Virus record (IMG/VR): IMGVR_UViG_3300037471_001511
Location: 64,001 to 74,060 of that record
From: a virus
Lineage: Duplodnaviria > Heunggongvirae > Uroviricota > Caudoviricetes
Reading direction: 5' to 3' (one strand)
Length of the DNA stretch: 10,060 nt
The notes under the pieces are model-generated. The model made no database searches and had not been told where the DNA came from. It worked only from the letters and a program-made list of their open reading frames with translations. Below, in pieces: positions 6,768 through 10,060 of this stretch (positions are counted from its first letter, which is position 1; every line of letters begins with the position of its first letter). A program made the position numbers and the translations under genes.

Positions 6768-7100
6768 ATGGCCCGCTTCGTCAAGCCAACCCCCGACTTC
6801 GTGCGCCACTGCGCCGGCCGCGACTTCCTCTCCGAACTGCGCATGGCCTTCGTCTACTACCGCGACGCCCAATGGCTGCGGCGGTCGGCGCTGGACAGCA
6901 GCGACCCCGACACCCGGGCTTGGCGCCGGCGCAAGGGGCGCGAGTACATGGCCTGGTGCCGCATGTACGTCCTGCGTGCGCTGGGCACCCTCGAGCGTGA
7001 TCGTGCCGCCGAGAGCTTCAGGCTCCCGCTCGGCGTGACGTGGGAAGAAATCGCCGTCCGGCGACCGCAGGTTGCTGGCGCGCAACATCAAAGAAAGTGA
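6768..7100 (+). CDS. Basic, Arg-rich hypothetical protein, 110 aa
   Basis: ATG directly abuts the upstream TGA, with a GGGAG SD. It fills the gap between two well-supported genes. Confidence 0.6.
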   Translation: MARFVKPTPDFVRHCAGRDFLSELRMAFVYYRDAQWLRRSALDSSDPDTRAWRRRKGREYMAWCRMYVLRALGTLERDRAAESFRLPLGVTWEEIAVRRPQVAGAQHQRK

Positions 7101-7113
7101 GGAATTCCCCATC

Positions 7114-7476
7114 ATGGCTGGAACCCTGACCTTCCAAGCCGCCGACGTGCAGCGGCTGATCGACGTGACCAAGGCGGCCAAGGAGCATCGCGGCCGTCCG
7201 TACGAGGACGACACTCCCGAACCGGGGCTGTGGCTCGTCGGCGACGACGGCGTCTATCTCATGACCAACCGCAAGCTCGGCCAAGGCGAGAAGCCGGAAG
7301 TGGTCTACGCCCAAGAGTGCCCGTCCGGCGACTTCCACGCCAAGCGGCAGATCTTCGGCGGCGACGACGGGGCCGAGTTCCTGCCCGTCGAAGACTGCGA
7401 GAAGTGGGTCAGCCGCTCGGGCGGGCCGACCGTGTTCATCAAGCTGTCGCCCGAGCAACTGGAACTGCTTTCGTAA
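7114..7476 (+). CDS. DUF3085 domain-containing protein, 120 aa
   Basis: GAGGA SD favours ATG 7114 over 7072. LWLVGDDGVYLMTN...VVYAQEC...FGGDDGAEFL matches DUF3085. Confidence 0.88.
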   Translation: MAGTLTFQAADVQRLIDVTKAAKEHRGRPYEDDTPEPGLWLVGDDGVYLMTNRKLGQGEKPEVVYAQECPSGDFHAKRQIFGGDDGAEFLPVEDCEKWVSRSGGPTVFIKLSPEQLELLS

Positions 7477-7513
7477 TCAGTTCCACTGGAACCAACGACT
7501 CAGTGTCTGGCCC

Positions 7514-7534
7514 GCCCGCTTCGGCGGGCTTTTT
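7514..7534 (+). terminator. Rho-independent terminator with a C(UUCG)G tetraloop
   Basis: GCCCGC-TTCG-GCGGGC followed by TTTTT. An alternative stem, 7510-7516 with 7523-7529, is also possible. Confidence 0.88.
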
Positions 7535-7561
7535 CATGTCCGCACCGCAAGGGAGGACCCC

Positions 7562-7906
7562 ATGAAGAAGCCCATCACCGAACTGGTTCCGAACGACGTG
7601 ATCACCATCCAGGTCCGCGTGACCCGGCGCATCGAGGACGACTTCCTGACCGTGCAGGTCCCCTGCCGGCCGGACAAGACCATGTTCCTCGAGGTGCCGT
7701 CCGACGCCTACGTCGGCTGGATGCGCCACGACTTCCAGTCGGGCGACCGCGTGGCCTGGCACGACGACCAGTACCAGTACGAGGGCAAGGTGATCGGCTC
7801 GACCCGCGAGCTGCTCATCGTGCAGCTCGACACTGGCCCCGAAGCAGCCGTACGCAAGGACGAACCGTCGCTTGTGGACGCCCTAGCCTATGCAAAGGCA
7901 GCATAA
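7562..7906 (+). CDS. Hypothetical protein, 114 aa, possibly tandem small beta-barrels (SH3/KOW-like)
   Basis: GGGAGG SD. Two beta-rich segments (LVPNDVITIQVRV; FQSGDRVAW...EGKVIG). The fold is a guess. Confidence 0.75.
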   Translation: MKKPITELVPNDVITIQVRVTRRIEDDFLTVQVPCRPDKTMFLEVPSDAYVGWMRHDFQSGDRVAWHDDQYQYEGKVIGSTRELLIVQLDTGPEAAVRKDEPSLVDALAYAKAA

Positions 7907-8739
7907 TGGGAACACGTAATCTCACCGCCGTCGTACTGGGCGGCAAATACAAGATCGCCCAGTACGGCCAATGGGACGGCTATCCGAAGGGTCAGGGCCT
8001 GACTTGCCTGAACTTCCTTCGCTCGGTCGATCTCGACGCCTTCAAGGCCAAGGTCGCGACGACGCGCTTCGGCAGCAAGGCCGAGCTTAAGGCCATCTTC
8101 AAGCCGTACACCGACGACGAAGGCTGGATGAACATGACCCAGGCCGAGGCGTTCGCGAAATCGCCGTACGCCTATCTGAGCCGCAACACCGGCGCCGGCA
8201 TCTTGCAGGTGGTGATGGACGCCCCGGACGGGATCCTGCTGCAGGACGACCACGAGTTCGCCGCCGACGGCCTGTTCTGCGAGTGGGCCTACGTGATCGA
8301 CCTCGACCGCCGTACCTTCGAGATCTACCGCGGCTTCCAGAGACGCCCCGTGCCGCCGGGCCAGCGCTTCTACCACCTGAACAAGCTGGCCCACGTCTCA
8401 CACGACAAGAGCGTGTGGTATCCGGTGCAGTTGCTGCGCAGCTACCCGCTCGACGCCCTGCCGACGGACGAGGCGTTCCTCAAGCTCGAGAACGCCCAGT
8501 GGTTGCCCGACAGCGTCCATGAGGGCGGTCCGGACGTGGCGTGGAAGGTGGTCGACATCGACTGGGACGACCCGCGCTACGCGATCCTGGAGTCGAGCGA
8601 CCATGAATACCAGGTCGCGTTCCGCAGCCCCGATCAGGAGGACCGCGACGAGTGGCAGGACGTCTTCGAGGCCCTGCCGGCGTTCACCACCCTCGAAGCG
8701 GCCAAGGCCGCTCTGGCGCTGAAACATGAGCAAGCCTGA
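7906..8739 (+). CDS. Hypothetical protein, 277 aa (MGTR...AQYGQWDGYP...LFCEWAYVIDLD)
   Basis: TAATG coupling at 7904-7908. The motifs recall an uncharacterised phage/plasmid family, with an acidic C-terminal extension. Confidence 0.85.
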   Translation: MGTRNLTAVVLGGKYKIAQYGQWDGYPKGQGLTCLNFLRSVDLDAFKAKVATTRFGSKAELKAIFKPYTDDEGWMNMTQAEAFAKSPYAYLSRNTGAGILQVVMDAPDGILLQDDHEFAADGLFCEWAYVIDLDRRTFEIYRGFQRRPVPPGQRFYHLNKLAHVSHDKSVWYPVQLLRSYPLDALPTDEAFLKLENAQWLPDSVHEGGPDVAWKVVDIDWDDPRYAILESSDHEYQVAFRSPDQEDRDEWQDVFEALPAFTTLEAAKAALALKHEQA

Positions 8740-9052
8740 GCACGTCGTCGTCCTGCACCTCGACGCCGACGGCTCGGTCTCCCTGCGGGTGTGGGGCGAC
8801 GAGCGCGTCTGCGTGCTCTGGGTCGACGAGACCTGCCCCACCGACCGGGTCTACTGCCAGACGGCCCGCGAAACCGATCCCGAGGCGCTGCGCGCGCTGA
8901 TCGGCGACAGCCCGATCGGCCACTACGGCGACGGGACGCTCACCCCTGAAACGGAACAGGCGATCCGCGCCGCCCTGTGGCGGGCCGAAGGCGGACGCCT
9001 GCAACTGGTGGAAATCAACAATGAAACTGGAGACCGCACTCAGGCTTCGTGA
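8726..9052 (+). CDS. Hypothetical protein, 108 aa
   Basis: 14-nt overlap with the upstream gene, with codon style matching its neighbours. Confidence 0.75.
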   Translation: MSKPEHVVVLHLDADGSVSLRVWGDERVCVLWVDETCPTDRVYCQTARETDPEALRALIGDSPIGHYGDGTLTPETEQAIRAALWRAEGGRLQLVEINNETGDRTQAS

Positions 9053-9503
9053 CGCCCTCAACGAGGCGATCACCGAGCTGCAGGCGGCCCGTGTCGTTCC
9101 CGCGACGCGGACCGACGAGCTGGCCGACACGCTCGGCGACGCCGTGACTGACGACATCTGGTACGACGCCGGCAGCTTCGACGACGAATCGTCCAAGGCC
9201 GCCGCCCAGCGGATCGAGAAGACCCAGAAGGCGATGCTTGAGGCCGCAGCGGTGCTGCGCCGGCTCGCCAGCCTGCGGATCGGCGTCTGGATCCACGGCG
9301 GGAACGTCGTCGGCGTGTTCAGCGACCGGGACGTGCCCGACCTCAGCGTCAGGGTGGTCGACCTCGACAGCCACGGCGCGTCGCCGGACAACATCACCGA
9401 GGTGCGCCAGGGCCGAGTCTGGGTCAAGGCGCTCGTCACCGACTGGGGCGTCGAGCACGTCCCGACCCTCAACTGGCAGGAGGATTTCCGTGGCCCAGAC
9501 TAG
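9021..9503 (+). CDS. Hypothetical protein, 160 aa
   Basis: 32-nt overlap with the upstream gene. Helical N-terminal half and beta-rich C-terminal half (IGVWIHGGNVVGV...VRVVDLD). Confidence 0.75.
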   Translation: MKLETALRLRDALNEAITELQAARVVPATRTDELADTLGDAVTDDIWYDAGSFDDESSKAAAQRIEKTQKAMLEAAAVLRRLASLRIGVWIHGGNVVGVFSDRDVPDLSVRVVDLDSHGASPDNITEVRQGRVWVKALVTDWGVEHVPTLNWQEDFRGPD

Positions 9504-9717
9504 ACGCTTCCAGCTCAGCATGTGGCTGCAGAACGCAGCGTTCGCGCCGCCCCACACGTCGGACGAAATCGCCAGGATCCTGCGGGACGTGGCGGTCCGG
9601 ATCGAGCGGGCCGACAGCATCTTCGACAGCCCGCAGTTCATCCTGTTCGACGTCAACGGGAACGAAGTGGGCTTCGCCATCGTGACGGGGCCGGAACCGG
9701 AGAGCACCGATGGCTAA
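9490..9717 (+). CDS. Small hypothetical protein, 75 aa (FQLSMWLQNAAF...EIARILR...LFDVNGNEVG)
   Basis: GTG 9490 follows GGAGG. The NAAF/ExARILR/DxNGNxVG pattern recalls a common small phage protein family (recollection). Confidence 0.8.
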   Translation: MAQTRRFQLSMWLQNAAFAPPHTSDEIARILRDVAVRIERADSIFDSPQFILFDVNGNEVGFAIVTGPEPESTDG

Positions 9718-10060
9718 GAAGCTCATCCACCCCGAAACCAAGGGCGACATCGTCGGCACCCTCGAGACCGTGCCCGGGATCGCCCTGATCGAACAGGGCG
9801 AGGGTCCGAACGGCTTCGAGATCGACGGCGTTCACTTCTGCTACGCGGGCTCGACCACTGTCCTGTGGGACGACCAGAAGACCGTCCTGCGCGACGGCAA
9901 GCGTGTGTTCGTCGACGAGGGTGGCGACCAGACCACCGAGCCCCAGCTCGTCGACGAAGACGACGAGGAAGAGGAAGTTTCCCCGGCCGGGGAAAAACTC
10001 TGGCTGGTCGTGATCACCCACAAACACGGCGAGGACCGGAGCCTGCACCGCACCAAGGCC
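9710..10060 (+). CDS. Hypothetical protein, partial, runs off the right edge (MAKKLIHPETKGDIVGTLETVPG...); not in the supplied ORF track
   Basis: GGAG SD, 8-nt overlap with the upstream gene, and 117 open codons to the window end. Contains DEDDEEEE followed by VSPAGEK, which is encoded by palindrome copy 5. Confidence 0.85.
   Translation, partial: MAKKLIHPETKGDIVGTLETVPGIALIEQGEGPNGFEIDGVHFCYAGSTTVLWDDQKTVLRDGKRVFVDEGGDQTTEPQLVDEDDEEEEVSPAGEKLWLVVITHKHGEDRSLHRTKA
9977..9996. repeat. Palindrome copy 5, GTTTCCCCGGCCGGGGAAAA (one mismatch; perfect 18-bp core 9978-9995), intragenic
   Basis: Read directly; in frame within the gene starting at 9710. Confidence 0.95.

Larger units (their letters stand above)
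467..10060 (+). mobile_element. Probable part of a phage/prophage early region or a plasmid/ICE leading region; element type and boundaries cannot be determined
   Basis: 22 co-oriented, short, coupled genes including DUF1281/YubB, DUF3085, DUF4314 and DUF4262, with no housekeeping genes. No hallmark mobility gene is present in the window. Confidence 0.65.

Noticed and set aside
446-7561. Frpo/ssi-type single-stranded promoters expected in plasmid leading regions
   Set aside because: No intergenic stretch is longer than 85 bp, and I see no long imperfect hairpin carrying -35/-10 boxes.
910-9996. CRISPR array
   Set aside because: The repeats are separated by 0.9-4.4 kb of genes rather than 25-45-bp spacers, and no cas genes are present.
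910-9996. Integron attC sites or classical REP/BIME elements
   Set aside because: There are no RYYYAAC/GTTRRRY cores, extrahelical bases or GTAG-type tetranucleotide. The motif is too short, and no integrase or RAYT is in the window.
460-10056. Long minus-strand ORFs (for example 4613-5926, 1824-2774, 6387-7214)
   Set aside because: They are antisense shadows of GC-rich + strand genes with no recognisable motifs. Their FSPAG peptides simply reflect the palindrome.

Overview
GC-rich window with 23 protein-coding genes, all on the + strand. It opens with the 3' end of an acyltransferase-3 (OafA/YrhL-like) gene. A tightly packed, translationally coupled run of 22 short, mostly hypothetical genes follows. 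Four carry recognisable domains (DUF4262, DUF1281/YubB-like, DUF4314, DUF3085); one has a degenerate HNH-type Zn loop plus a possible HTH, and one has a DnaJ-type Zn finger. No replication, structural, integrase, transposase or transfer gene is visible. The organisation resembles a phage early region or a plasmid/ICE leading region. The most striking non-coding signal is a 20-bp perfect palindrome, TTTTCCCCGGCCGGGGAAAA, present five times (910, 2260, 4686, 5559, 9977). Four copies lie at gene junctions and one lies in frame within a gene, just after an acidic tract. Two intrinsic terminators (3297-3320, 7514-7534) split the array but leave almost no room for downstream promoters. All family assignments come from motif recognition by eye, not from database searches.
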